NCBI GenBank assembly: GCA_031549085.1
Contig: JAVBQL010000001.1
Span: 119,486-183,485, forward strand
Direction of reading: 5' to 3'
DNA: 64,000 nt
DNA from: Spirochaetota bacterium
GTDB taxonomy: Bacteria > Spirochaetota > GWE2-31-10 > MWDO01
Position numbers and translations under genes: made by a program. The stretch's first letter is position 1; each line of letters starts with the position of its first letter. Shown piece by piece: positions 40,281-49,946 of this stretch. The notes below the pieces were generated by a model. That model saw only the letters and a list, made by a program, of their open reading frames with translations. It had not been told where the DNA came from and made no database searches.

Positions 40281-40424
40281 AGTATTAAGCCTCCATTTCC
40301 CACTTCAATTTCATTGAATCTTTATATCATTTTTTTATCAATTTATAAAACTTTTAAAATATAACTTTTTGTGAAAATAAGTATCTATAGTAATGATAAA
40401 ATTTTATACTTAATGACAGGTACG

Positions 40425-40735
40425 TGTAAAATATTAATACCAAGCCGGATGTAGAGCTTTATACTTAGTTTGCTAGTCAGCACGAAAATATACAACGAGA
40501 AAACATCACTCAAAAAAAGAGAAAGAGAGAGAATAAAAATATATATGAGCAGGAGCTTCGCTCCTCTCATATATATTTTTACTTTTTCTTTTTTCTTTCT
40601 TTTTTGAGTAGCGTTTTCTCGTTACATCTGTTACTAATGACAAGGAAGCCAGAAAGTAAGTTTAATATAGCTCATTATAACTTGGATAAGTCTATTAGAA
40701 TAATAGAGCTATTTGAAAAGCGGTGTCAGTATGAA
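40425..40735. repeat. Family A foldback element, copy A6 (core about 40487-40628)
   Basis: AACGAGAAAACATCACTCAAAAAAAGAGAAAGAGAGAGAATAAAAATATATATGAG and CTCATATATATTTTTAC...GAGTAGCGTTTTCTCGTT arms; tip GGAGC-TTC-GCTCC. Confidence 0.9.
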
Positions 40736-40800
40736 TAGTCTAAAAATCAGCTATTTTTAATTTTGACATTTATTATTCCTTTTGCTATAAAACTTCTAAT

Positions 40801-41460
40801 ATGGATAGACTTTTGAAAGTAGAAAACTTGAAATTTGGTTATTTAAAAGATAGGCAAATTTTAGATATAACAGATCTAAATATAGAAAAAAACAAGATAT
40901 ATCTTCTCTTGGGACAGAATGGAAGCGGAAAAACAACACTTCTAAAAATATTGGCTGGACTCTTAAAAGCAAATGATATAAAAATAGAGACTGAAAACAA
41001 CAAAGAAAGCAAAAAGCCTTATGAAGTTTTTAAAAAAAAATCTGTCTATGTACATCAGCACCCTGTTATGTTGTATGGGACAGTCCTCTATAATATTGCC
41101 TATCCACTTAAAATTGCAGGTGTTAATAAAGATAGAATAGATTCAGAAGTAAATAGTATAATGAAGAGGCTATCCATAGAAAATCTCTCTAATAAAAACA
41201 GCAGAGAGATATCAGCTGGAGAGGCTCAAAAGACAGCAATTGCAAGAGCTATTACAACAGAGAGGGAGCTTATATTACTTGATGAGCCAATAGCCAACAT
41301 AGATAAAAATAGTCTTGTTCTAATTGAAGATCTCCTCTTAGAGCTTAAAAAGGAGAGAACAATTATATTAAGCTCTCACAACTCTTTCTTAAATTATAGA
41401 ATGTGTGATTACATTATTACATTAGAGAATGGAAAAAATAGTTTTAGCAAAATAGGTTGA
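40801..41460 (+). CDS. ABC transporter ATP-binding protein (TupC/ECF-like)
   Basis: GQNGSGKTT, ISAGEAQK, LLDEP and SSH; no permease adjacent. Confidence 0.88.
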   Translation: MDRLLKVENLKFGYLKDRQILDITDLNIEKNKIYLLLGQNGSGKTTLLKILAGLLKANDIKIETENNKESKKPYEVFKKKSVYVHQHPVMLYGTVLYNIAYPLKIAGVNKDRIDSEVNSIMKRLSIENLSNKNSREISAGEAQKTAIARAITTERELILLDEPIANIDKNSLVLIEDLLLELKKERTIILSSHNSFLNYRMCDYIITLENGKNSFSKIG

Positions 41461-41461
41461 A

Positions 41462-43000
41462 ATGAAAAAAAAGATATTAATTCTACTATACATCACACTC
41501 TCCATAAGCCTCTTCGCTATAAAATTTAATATACAAACAAAAAATGAGAGTATAATATCCTTTGCAACAAGATTTGAGCTTGGAGCACAGCTTGAAGGTG
41601 TGGCAGATCTCTTTGGAACAAGTGACTATAAAACCTTCTATTTTACAACATCTTTTGAAATTTTTAAATTTGCAATTGGTTTTGACTTAAAGTTTAGATT
41701 TAAGACATTTCCCGGACGAATGGAGTTTTATATATATGATTGGACTTCAAGAAGAGGGGGACTTGATACTGTTTTTCTATATCTTGATAAGATAGATTTT
41801 ATAAGATATGGAACACTTGATGATTTTATCTACTTTACAACAGGAGAGATCCCCTTTATAAACTTTGGAGCTGGATTAATTACAGAAAATTATCACAACA
41901 GGTTTTTTGTTCCAATTTTACGTGAAAATGGTCTCTTTTTTAGATTTAATGGTGAAAACTTTGATACAATAGGACTAAAAAGATTTCCACTCTCATTCAC
42001 ATTTTTTGTTACTGACCTCTTAGACCCCGATACATTTGGATTTGATTTGCAATTTTCACCTCTAAAACTCACAAGATTCACAAATCGTTTTGACTTTGAT
42101 ATAATGTTCAGCGGTGCTTTTGATTTAAACGCGAATGAAAATAATAGACTATCCACTACTGACTACCCCCTTATTGACAAGGGTAATTATAGAAATATGC
42201 AATATGTAGGGGTCACAACAAGCATGTCCCTCTTTTCTAATACTTTAAAGTTCATATGGAGAACAGATTATACAAAATTAACTGTTTTTAATGAGATAGG
42301 TTTTTTAGCAAGTTTTGAAAATAATGATAATATAGACAACAGGTTTGGCATTGGAAACAAGGCTGGAGCTGAAATAAGGGCAGTAAAAGTTAATCCTGAG
42401 TGGGATCCACTTCTTGGGATTAGTGCATCTTTTGTAGTAAACTCTGATAATTTTTCTGTAGGCTACTTCAGTTCCAACTATGAAGTTAAGAGGCAGGAAC
42501 AATATTACAATTTATCCTCTCAAACAATTCTTGCATTCGATTTGGGACTCTCCGTTTATGCCCTAAATGATGATTTTAGATTTAATGTGTCTGTTCTGCT
42601 TCCAGTAAATATGGGGGATTTCTATATGAAACTTAGAGCATCTATATTCTTAGATAAGTTAAGTATTCCAACATCAGCCAAAATACCAGAACTATACCTA
42701 TTTATGCTATTTGAAAATGGTCTAAATAATTATTTAGACTACTTTGAAGAGAATGGTGTTACAATGAAATATGGAAATTCTAATGCAGGATATACAATGG
42801 ATCTTCTTATACGTAATTTCAGATTCTACACAGAGTTGGGATTCAAGTTTTATGCAGCAAAGATAGGGTTCATATTTGGATATGCCTATCCAGCCTCTCT
42901 TAAATATACATACACCGATAGTAATAGAACAATTAATATGGAAATACTGAATAGTGATCTTCAGAAATTTATTGGATTATCTGCATCTTTTAGTTTATAA
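41462..43000 (+). CDS. Hypothetical exported protein, probable outer-membrane beta-barrel
   Basis: Signal peptide; many alternating aromatic/hydrophobic strands; ends in FIGLSASFSL. Confidence 0.7.
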   Translation: MKKKILILLYITLSISLFAIKFNIQTKNESIISFATRFELGAQLEGVADLFGTSDYKTFYFTTSFEIFKFAIGFDLKFRFKTFPGRMEFYIYDWTSRRGGLDTVFLYLDKIDFIRYGTLDDFIYFTTGEIPFINFGAGLITENYHNRFFVPILRENGLFFRFNGENFDTIGLKRFPLSFTFFVTDLLDPDTFGFDLQFSPLKLTRFTNRFDFDIMFSGAFDLNANENNRLSTTDYPLIDKGNYRNMQYVGVTTSMSLFSNTLKFIWRTDYTKLTVFNEIGFLASFENNDNIDNRFGIGNKAGAEIRAVKVNPEWDPLLGISASFVVNSDNFSVGYFSSNYEVKRQEQYYNLSSQTILAFDLGLSVYALNDDFRFNVSVLLPVNMGDFYMKLRASIFLDKLSIPTSAKIPELYLFMLFENGLNNYLDYFEENGVTMKYGNSNAGYTMDLLIRNFRFYTELGFKFYAAKIGFIFGYAYPASLKYTYTDSNRTINMEILNSDLQKFIGLSASFSL

Positions 43001-43037
43001 TAAAAAAGTTAAAGACTATTTTTAGTAAAGGAATATT

Positions 43038-43847
43038 ATGACTTTAGATTTAATAATAAAAAAATTATGGATAAGGGCTACTCCAAAATTTGTTAAAGAC
43101 TATTGGGAAAACCACATAAAAAATAGAACAAAAAATGCTGTTATTTCAGAACTGACAATGGAATATGATAGTGAATCCCTGCCATACTCAAAATTTGCCC
43201 GTGTCTTTTTCTCCCAATTTGGAGAGGACGCTGTTTTATTATCACTATTCTCTAAATGTGAGTTCAAACAGAGTGGCTTTTATGTTGATATTGGTGCTCA
43301 CCACCCTGTACATTTGTCAAATACTTATATTTTCTACTTGAATGGTTGGAGTGGTATAAATGTGGATGCAATGCCAGGAACAATGAAACTGTTTGATGAA
43401 ATTAGAAGTCGTGATATCAATTTAGAGATGGGAGTTGTTTCTAAAGAGAGTGCTGGAAAAGAGATGAACTTTTATGTCTATAAAAATGGTGCACATAATA
43501 CTTTCTCAGAAGATCTTGTTAATAAAAGAGATTTCAAACCAGATAAAAAAATCCAAATAAAAACAGATACGCTATCTTCTATTTTAGACAAATACCTACC
43601 TAAAGACAAAAATATAGATTTTCTATCTATAGATGCAGAGGGGTTTGATCTTGAAATCTTGGAGTCCAATGATTGGTCAAAATATAAACCAACATACATA
43701 TTGGTAGAAGATCATTCAATTACTAATATTGACGAAATAACAAACTCAAAAATATATCAGTTTTTATTAAAACAAGGATATAAACTAATATCAAAAACAA
43801 TACTTACACTAATATTTGGATTAGAGCCAATTAAAGAAGAACAATAG
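43038..43847 (+). CDS. FkbM-family SAM-dependent methyltransferase
   Basis: SQFGED, FYVDIGAHHP, GWSGINVDA and DFLSIDAEGFD. Confidence 0.92.
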   Translation: MTLDLIIKKLWIRATPKFVKDYWENHIKNRTKNAVISELTMEYDSESLPYSKFARVFFSQFGEDAVLLSLFSKCEFKQSGFYVDIGAHHPVHLSNTYIFYLNGWSGINVDAMPGTMKLFDEIRSRDINLEMGVVSKESAGKEMNFYVYKNGAHNTFSEDLVNKRDFKPDKKIQIKTDTLSSILDKYLPKDKNIDFLSIDAEGFDLEILESNDWSKYKPTYILVEDHSITNIDEITNSKIYQFLLKQGYKLISKTILTLIFGLEPIKEEQ

Positions 43848-43850
43848 TGT

Positions 43851-44540
43851 CTATTTTTTTATAAACTCTTCATATCCTCTTTTTCTAAGTAGGCAGGCTG
43901 GACATTTGCCACATCCAAATCCAAACTCATTCTTTGTCATATCTCCATTGTAGCATGTAATAGTCTCATTAATAATGAAATCAAAACAATCAAGCCCCTT
44001 TGCCAATCCAAATATATCACTCTTTGTAAGAGAGATAAGTGGAGTTATAACATTTATGCCATCATCTAAACCAATAGCCAGTCTAAATGTTGATTCAGCT
44101 GACTTAATAAATTCTCTTCTGCAGTCTGGATAGCCTGAATAGTCAGCATCACTTACACCTATAACTAGATTGTTAGTTCCAATAACAGTTGCATAGCTTG
44201 CTGCAAGAGTTAAAAATATAAGGTTGCGGTATGGAACAAAGCTTGATGGCAGTGAACTATTTAGAGGATGAGAAGTTGATATCTCCTTTTTTGAACTATC
44301 AAAAAGGTCTGAACTAACCAAGCTGTCCAAAAAAGAGATATCAACTATTTTTTGATTTATGTTAAGTTTTTTACATATGTTTTTTGCAATATCAATCTCT
44401 ATAGAGTGCCTCTGTCCATAAAAAAAGCTTATTGCATAGACATTCTTAAAATTTCTTAATGCCCAAAACAGTAGGGTTGTAGAGTCCTGCCCTCCACTAA
44501 AAAGCACCAAACAACTCTCATTATTCTCTTTATGATCCAT
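43851..44540 (-). CDS. queC: 7-cyano-7-deazaguanine synthase
   Basis: LFSGGQDSTT, YGQRH, VPYRN, GYPDCR and TCYNG...CGKCPAC; start set at ATG 44540. Confidence 0.97.
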   Translation of the reverse strand: MDHKENNESCLVLFSGGQDSTTLLFWALRNFKNVYAISFFYGQRHSIEIDIAKNICKKLNINQKIVDISFLDSLVSSDLFDSSKKEISTSHPLNSSLPSSFVPYRNLIFLTLAASYATVIGTNNLVIGVSDADYSGYPDCRREFIKSAESTFRLAIGLDDGINVITPLISLTKSDIFGLAKGLDCFDFIINETITCYNGDMTKNEFGFGCGKCPACLLRKRGYEEFIKK

Positions 44541-44541
44541 T

Positions 44542-45207
44542 TTAAATACCCTCTTTTTCATCTCCCCATATCAATTTGTGAAGTTGAATTGAAATATTAA
44601 TATCCAATCTATTTTTTAAAATAAATGATGCAAGCTCTTTTAGACTAATTTTATTAAATTGTGGAGAGATATATAACTTTATTAGTGGGTTTACTTTATC
44701 TCTTGTTTTGATCTTATCTATTAGCCAATCAAAATCGGAGGAGGCGACTACACATTTGATAATGTCCGTTTTCGCTCGCATATATTTAAGGTTATCTAAA
44801 CAAAAATCTGCCCTAATCTCTGTTAAAGAGGAGGGAGCTTTCCAATCAACCACATAGTATAAGTTGGGTAGAGAAAAGTTCTTAATTTTTATAGTTCCAT
44901 TGGTCTCTACATAAAAATCTATATTACTCAATTGAGTTGCTATGCTAATTATATCATCTTGTCTTTCGTTTAGAAGCGGCTCTCCGCCAGTAAAGAGAAC
45001 TTTTAGTCTTGGATAATCTTTGGTTACCTCAATAATATTATTAATTAATTCATCTCTTGATAGGAGCTCATTGACCTCATCTTTTTGAAATGTATCACAA
45101 TAGGAGCAGTTGATATTACAGTGAGAGAACCTTATAATATAGATTGGCTCTCCCATTGTTGGAGCTTCACCACTTATAGTAATAAATTTTTCTACAATTT
45201 CAAGCAT
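44542..45207 (-). CDS. queE: 7-carboxy-7-deazaguanine synthase (radical SAM)
   Basis: ISGE, IRFSHCNINCSYCDT, FTGGEPLL, VETNG and QLHKLIW. Confidence 0.95.
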   Translation of the reverse strand: MLEIVEKFITISGEAPTMGEPIYIIRFSHCNINCSYCDTFQKDEVNELLSRDELINNIIEVTKDYPRLKVLFTGGEPLLNERQDDIISIATQLSNIDFYVETNGTIKIKNFSLPNLYYVVDWKAPSSLTEIRADFCLDNLKYMRAKTDIIKCVVASSDFDWLIDKIKTRDKVNPLIKLYISPQFNKISLKELASFILKNRLDINISIQLHKLIWGDEKEGI

Positions 45208-45216
45208 AGCTATCTC

Positions 45217-45576
45217 TTAAAAATCCCCTGCTTCGCAGTATGAACCTTCACCTATGATCTTCTCATAGACTCTAACCTTAAATAGTAGATTCTCAAAATC
45301 ACTTTTTAGCTTTTGAAAAACATAGATAGTTATATTCTCTGCGGTTGGGTTTTTCTTTAAAACATCGTTAAGTATCTTATGATCAAGACCATCTAATATC
45401 TTTTTCAAATTGGTGAAGTCCCAGAGAAGACCAATTTTATCAAGCTGACTGCTATCCCCTCTAACCCAAACAGCAATCTTCCAAGTGTGTCCATGAAGAT
45501 TGGAACATTTTCCATCATAATTTTCTAAAAAATGGGCAGAATCAAAATAGTTTTCTGTATATAGTGTTAGTGTCAT
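45217..45576 (-). CDS. queD: 6-carboxytetrahydropterin synthase
   Basis: FDSAH, KCSNLHGH, LDHKILN and PTAEN. Confidence 0.95.
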   Translation of the reverse strand: MTLTLYTENYFDSAHFLENYDGKCSNLHGHTWKIAVWVRGDSSQLDKIGLLWDFTNLKKILDGLDHKILNDVLKKNPTAENITIYVFQKLKSDFENLLFKVRVYEKIIGEGSYCEAGDF

Positions 45577-45697
45577 ATAGCTCCAAAAATAGATTTCTTT
45601 TTAATATTTTTTTGTTAATGAAATATACAATATAATATAGTTTTTTTCAATGATTAAAAATATGATTATCCAGCTAATACAAACAATAAAAATAGTG

Positions 45698-46084
45698 CTA
45701 ACTATAAATATGTTTAAAAATTGTTGAAGAGAGAATGAATCCTAAAATCACACCAATTAGACATACTAAAAAACTAATAATTGTATAATAAAAAAATAGA
45801 TCATATCTACCAATCTTCAATAATAAAAAGTTATCATATGAAAAAGTTGAAAAGGTTGTAAAACCTCCGCAAAAACCAGTAACACCAAAATATATTATAT
45901 TTGAATGGAGCTTTTTTACGCTATCTATTCCATAGATAAACCCTATTAAAAAACAACCAATAATATTAACAAGCAGTGTGCCTATTGGAAATTGAGTACC
46001 ATTTTTTGTAAAAAAATAGAGCAAAAATCTTAATATAGATCCCAAAGCTCCGCCAGCACCAACCAAAAGAATATTTTTATACAT
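45698..46084 (-). CDS. crcB: Fluoride efflux channel CrcB/FluC
   Basis: GGALGSILR, FPIGTLLVNIIGCFLIG and GFCGGFTTFSTF. Confidence 0.96.
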   Translation of the reverse strand: MYKNILLVGAGGALGSILRFLLYFFTKNGTQFPIGTLLVNIIGCFLIGFIYGIDSVKKLHSNIIYFGVTGFCGGFTTFSTFSYDNFLLLKIGRYDLFFYYTIISFLVCLIGVILGFILSSTIFKHIYS

Positions 46085-46100
46085 AATTTATATAGACTCT

Positions 46101-47339
46101 CTATTTCTTAAAAAACCACTCCAAACCACTTACAAGTGTATCTTTCCACAACCCCCAGCTGTGTCCTGCATGATAAACCCTCTGCTCCACATCTGTTATA
46201 TTTGGATTTCTCTTTAAAGCATTATAGAACATTTGATTCCCTTGAACAAAGTCTGCACCAGCAACATTTGTCTCATAGCTTCCAGTAACCAGATACCACT
46301 TTTTGGTGGTTGTCTTCATCCTATCTATTCTGTCTAAAAATGGCTCTAATTTTACTTTTTTATTGAATAGATTAAACGTTTTTATATTACTAAAAATAAA
46401 TGCTCCAGATTGGGATAGAACTCCGCCAAAAATATTTGGATATTTATAGACTATATATCCAGAGATAAGCCCCCCTAATGAGTCTCCTATAATTATTTTA
46501 CTTTCAGGACTCTTTTTAATAGAGTAGTTCATCATTACAAACTTCATCATCTCAAGGACAAAATAGTTTGCATAGCTCTCATTTGTCAGATAATCTATCT
46601 CTCTGGGGTTTGGTTCTACAAAAACTGCGATAACTGAAGGAATTTTCTTTTCATATATCAAATTATCAAGTGTCGTTACTGCATTAGCATATTTTATATA
46701 CTCACTTCCATCTTGAAAATAGAGAGTGCCATACTCCTTACTTGGATCATAATCATATGGGGTATAGACCTGTATAAGACGTGTTTGCTTCATATACTTA
46801 CTATATATTGTATGTTGTGTAATATCTCCATATTTTATATCAGGATTAAGTTCACTGTCAGACTCTTCAATATAGTTTGGCATAGCAAAGTAGGAATTTA
46901 GACCAAATCCACCCAGAGCAGTTTTACTATTTAAAGGATCCAAAATCCAATTTCCATCAGCAACAAACTTATAGTCAAATCTCGCATCAATTGGACACTG
47001 ATAGGTAAGATAGAAAAAATCTGTACCTGGAATATTGATAAACTCACTTCTATAGATCCATTGTGTCATATCTCCTGCCAAAAATAGCTCCTTACAATCT
47101 CCTCTATAGATAAAAGTAACATTTTCACTATCTATTATAGGAAATTGATTGCTATTTTTTATATCGCTATATTTGGAATCAATGAAATTTTGTCTCTCAC
47201 TTTCAGGAAAAGAGAGAGCTTGTTCAATAAAGTCTGAAATCATAATCTGCTCCAAACTAAAGCTATTAAAAGAGAAAAAGAGAATAAACAACAACATCAA
47301 ATAGACTTTTTTTAATACTTTGAAAATAGTATGCTCCAC
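46101..47339 (-). CDS. Exported alpha/beta-hydrolase (Fes/esterase family) with N-terminal CBM48-like domain
   Basis: LAGDMTQW, YKFVADGNWILDPLN, VYTPYDY, nucleophile GDSLGG and GHSW. Confidence 0.88.
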   Translation of the reverse strand: MEHTIFKVLKKVYLMLLFILFFSFNSFSLEQIMISDFIEQALSFPESERQNFIDSKYSDIKNSNQFPIIDSENVTFIYRGDCKELFLAGDMTQWIYRSEFINIPGTDFFYLTYQCPIDARFDYKFVADGNWILDPLNSKTALGGFGLNSYFAMPNYIEESDSELNPDIKYGDITQHTIYSKYMKQTRLIQVYTPYDYDPSKEYGTLYFQDGSEYIKYANAVTTLDNLIYEKKIPSVIAVFVEPNPREIDYLTNESYANYFVLEMMKFVMMNYSIKKSPESKIIIGDSLGGLISGYIVYKYPNIFGGVLSQSGAFIFSNIKTFNLFNKKVKLEPFLDRIDRMKTTTKKWYLVTGSYETNVAGADFVQGNQMFYNALKRNPNITDVEQRVYHAGHSWGLWKDTLVSGLEWFFKK

Positions 47340-47343
47340 AATC

Positions 47344-49149
47344 TTAAGAACCTGTCCTATTATAGATAACCAAATCTTTCTTGTTTTTTATCTTTAAAGT
47401 ATCATTGTCCTTAAATTTATATTTTATCATATAAGGATCATGCGAATCCTCTCTATCCAAGAATATTTTATCCTTATCAACCCTATACATATAGGAGGTC
47501 TCTTCATTATTTCTTAAAACATTAACATTATTATTGAAGTCAAATTCCAAAATATTTCCATTTTCAGACTCCCACTTCCCTATTAAAAACCCCTCTCTAA
47601 CTGTAAGTGGTGGATCTACTTTATTATCATAGAACATCTTTATTGGTTTCTCTTTTGGACGCTCCTTTACAAGCAAGAGCCTCTTTCCATCTTCATATAT
47701 TTCATAACGATACTTCTCATTTTTTCCCAATGTTATATAGTTTTTATCTATTGTATATTTATCTGTTACAGGTTCGCTCATCATAACCTCAATTGGAGAG
47801 CTTCCGCTCTTCCTAATATAGGTGTTGTTATTTTGCAAGGTTATGGAGTCCATACTTCCATCAGAGTGAGAGATCTCCCACTTTCCAACAATAGATGGTT
47901 TCTCTATAAACCACAAACTAAGCTCTGGGACATATGTTATTATTATAAGTGATATGAATGAGAGCCCAATAAAAAGAACAACCGATTTATATATATCAAC
48001 AATAGGCCGATTAAATCTTAAAGATGAGATAAAGAGATTCATTCCAACAGGAGGGGTTAGATATCCAATCTCCAAGTTTGTTAGGAATATAATTCCCAAG
48101 TGAATTAAATCAACATTATAGGCCCTTGCTATTGGAATGATCAGAGGAACAACAATCATCAGTGCCGAATAGATGTCCATTATACAGCCAACTATCAGAA
48201 GAAAAATATTTAGAACGATAAGAAAGAGCATCTTACTTGTTATAATTCCCTCTATCATAGCAAATAGCTTTTGCGGAATCTCCTGCTCTATCAAGAGGTT
48301 TGAGGTTGCTCTTGAACATGACAATATTATTAAGATAGCACCAACCAGTACCATGCTCTCTTTTATTATTGATGGAAGCTGCTTAATCTTTATATCTTTC
48401 TGTATAAAGACCTCAACAATTACTATATAGAGAGCTGTGAATGCTGCTGCATCAGAGATTGCAAGCTTTCCAGAGTAGACCCCAGCAAATAGAAGTATAG
48501 GAAGAGGAATCTCAAATTTCATCTCCCACATTGCATCTAAAAGCTCTTTAAATGAAAATTTTGTTGTTGGGATCCTACTTTTATAACTTATCAAAGACGA
48601 ATAGATTGCAAACACTAGAATTATTAATATCCCCGGAAGTATACCTGCAATAAACATCTTATCTATGCTTGCTTGTGATACTACGCCAAACATTATTATT
48701 GGAAGACTTGGTGGAAACAGAAGCCCTACACTTCCTGCAGTGGTAACAAGTCCATAGCTAAACTTCTCTTTATACCCTTCTGAGAGAAGAGCTGGAAGTA
48801 AAAAACCACCTAATGCAACAATGGTTACCCCTGATGCTCCAGTAAAAGCTGTAAAGAGAGCACATGTTATAAGGGTTACAATAGCCAATCCACCGGGCAT
48901 CCAGCCAAGGGCAGCCTTTGTCAAGCGAACAAGTCTCTTTGAGGTATTGCTATATGCAAGGACATAGCCAGCAAAAGCAAAGAGTGGAATACTGTATAGA
49001 AGCTGCATATCAGTGATACCAGCAATCTCCAGTGCAACATTCGTTAGAGGTGTGCCTGTTCCCAAAAAACCAGCTATGGCAATTCCTGCAATAACTGCAA
49101 AGAGCGGTGTACCTATTATGGCAATAATTATTAGAACAACTGTTTGCAT
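47344..49149 (-). CDS. dctM: TRAP transporter large permease with a soluble C-terminal extension of about 185 aa
   Basis: IPLFAFAG, FTAFTGASGVT, GLLFPPSLP, GYLTPPVGMNLF and YVPELSLW, followed by two GKWE-containing beta modules. Confidence 0.92.
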   Translation of the reverse strand: MQTVVLIIIAIIGTPLFAVIAGIAIAGFLGTGTPLTNVALEIAGITDMQLLYSIPLFAFAGYVLAYSNTSKRLVRLTKAALGWMPGGLAIVTLITCALFTAFTGASGVTIVALGGFLLPALLSEGYKEKFSYGLVTTAGSVGLLFPPSLPIIMFGVVSQASIDKMFIAGILPGILIILVFAIYSSLISYKSRIPTTKFSFKELLDAMWEMKFEIPLPILLFAGVYSGKLAISDAAAFTALYIVIVEVFIQKDIKIKQLPSIIKESMVLVGAILIILSCSRATSNLLIEQEIPQKLFAMIEGIITSKMLFLIVLNIFLLIVGCIMDIYSALMIVVPLIIPIARAYNVDLIHLGIIFLTNLEIGYLTPPVGMNLFISSLRFNRPIVDIYKSVVLFIGLSFISLIIITYVPELSLWFIEKPSIVGKWEISHSDGSMDSITLQNNNTYIRKSGSSPIEVMMSEPVTDKYTIDKNYITLGKNEKYRYEIYEDGKRLLLVKERPKEKPIKMFYDNKVDPPLTVREGFLIGKWESENGNILEFDFNNNVNVLRNNEETSYMYRVDKDKIFLDREDSHDPYMIKYKFKDNDTLKIKNKKDLVIYNRTGS

Positions 49150-49751
49150 TACACAATCTCCTTATTGTCAGAAGATTCATCTGCACTATTAGAATTAATT
49201 TGAGTATCTTTGTCATTAGATACTCTATTTAAAATGAAGTCTTTTAAGTCTCTTATAGTAAAAAGTAGATACTTTATAGCCATATTAAAAAATGAGAATG
49301 GGACAATTAGAAGAAGCACCCATCTGGGGATATTAAGAAATGGCCTTGCAGCAGTTGATGTGTACTCTATTTTTACCAAATAGATAATAAAATAGATAAA
49401 AACAATGGTACATACAATAAAGGCAGAAAGATTCGCAAAAAATGAGAGCAATTTTCCTCCACGTCCCTTAACAAATCGTCCAACCAAATCTATCTTAATT
49501 TGCTTATCTTCAGAGGTGGCAATATTAGCAGCAATCAGCCCAACCCACAAAACTGAATATTTAAGCAATGTTTCAATCCATGGGATACCACTGCCAATAA
49601 CATGCAGAACTATCTGAACTGAGGCAGCCACGAATATTATTGCAAAGATAAATATAAGCAGAAAAAGTTCTATTTTTGTAAAAATCTTATTTATTGTCTT
49701 AAATAGAGTTTTCACAAATGTTGCCTCCAAATTTATTTTTTTTCTAGCCAT
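49149..49751 (-). CDS. dctQ: TRAP transporter small permease
   Basis: Four hydrophobic segments, W.E.L.KY..LW, IKIDL; 1-nt overlap with dctM. Confidence 0.88.
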   Translation of the reverse strand: MARKKINLEATFVKTLFKTINKIFTKIELFLLIFIFAIIFVAASVQIVLHVIGSGIPWIETLLKYSVLWVGLIAANIATSEDKQIKIDLVGRFVKGRGGKLLSFFANLSAFIVCTIVFIYFIIYLVKIEYTSTAARPFLNIPRWVLLLIVPFSFFNMAIKYLLFTIRDLKDFILNRVSNDKDTQINSNSADESSDNKEIV

Positions 49752-49946
49752 CTCCCTTATAAACCTACTTTAATATAAAAGAGAGCGGAGTGCTTTTTAA
49801 TTTTTTTAGCCACATTCTTTCGAAAATACATATCTTATTTTAAATATGTATACTTGTCTAACTTTAGATTTCCTTATCCAATTTTTGTTCTATAATCAGC
49901 TCTCTAAAAATTATAACTCACCCTCCTAAGCTTCGCAAGAAGTCTA

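Noticed and set aside
40385-40570. 61-aa hydrophobic ORF starting in the A6 loop, suggesting a type I toxin with an antisense arm
   Set aside because: Equivalent frames in other copies are broken by stops or homopolymer length changes (in-frame TAA in A4, TAG in A5, TAA in A1), and the start codon comes from a loop unique to A6. T-rich arms give hydrophobic peptides by default. Ribosome profiling could revive it.
1105-40735. Family A, B or C repeats as a CRISPR array
   Set aside because: They are dispersed kilobases apart, are not tandem with uniform spacers, and no cas genes are present.
45577-46100. preQ1 riboswitch before queD or fluoride riboswitch before crcB
   Set aside because: No recognisable consensus in the AT-rich queD spacer, and only 16 nt separate crcB from the upstream gene.
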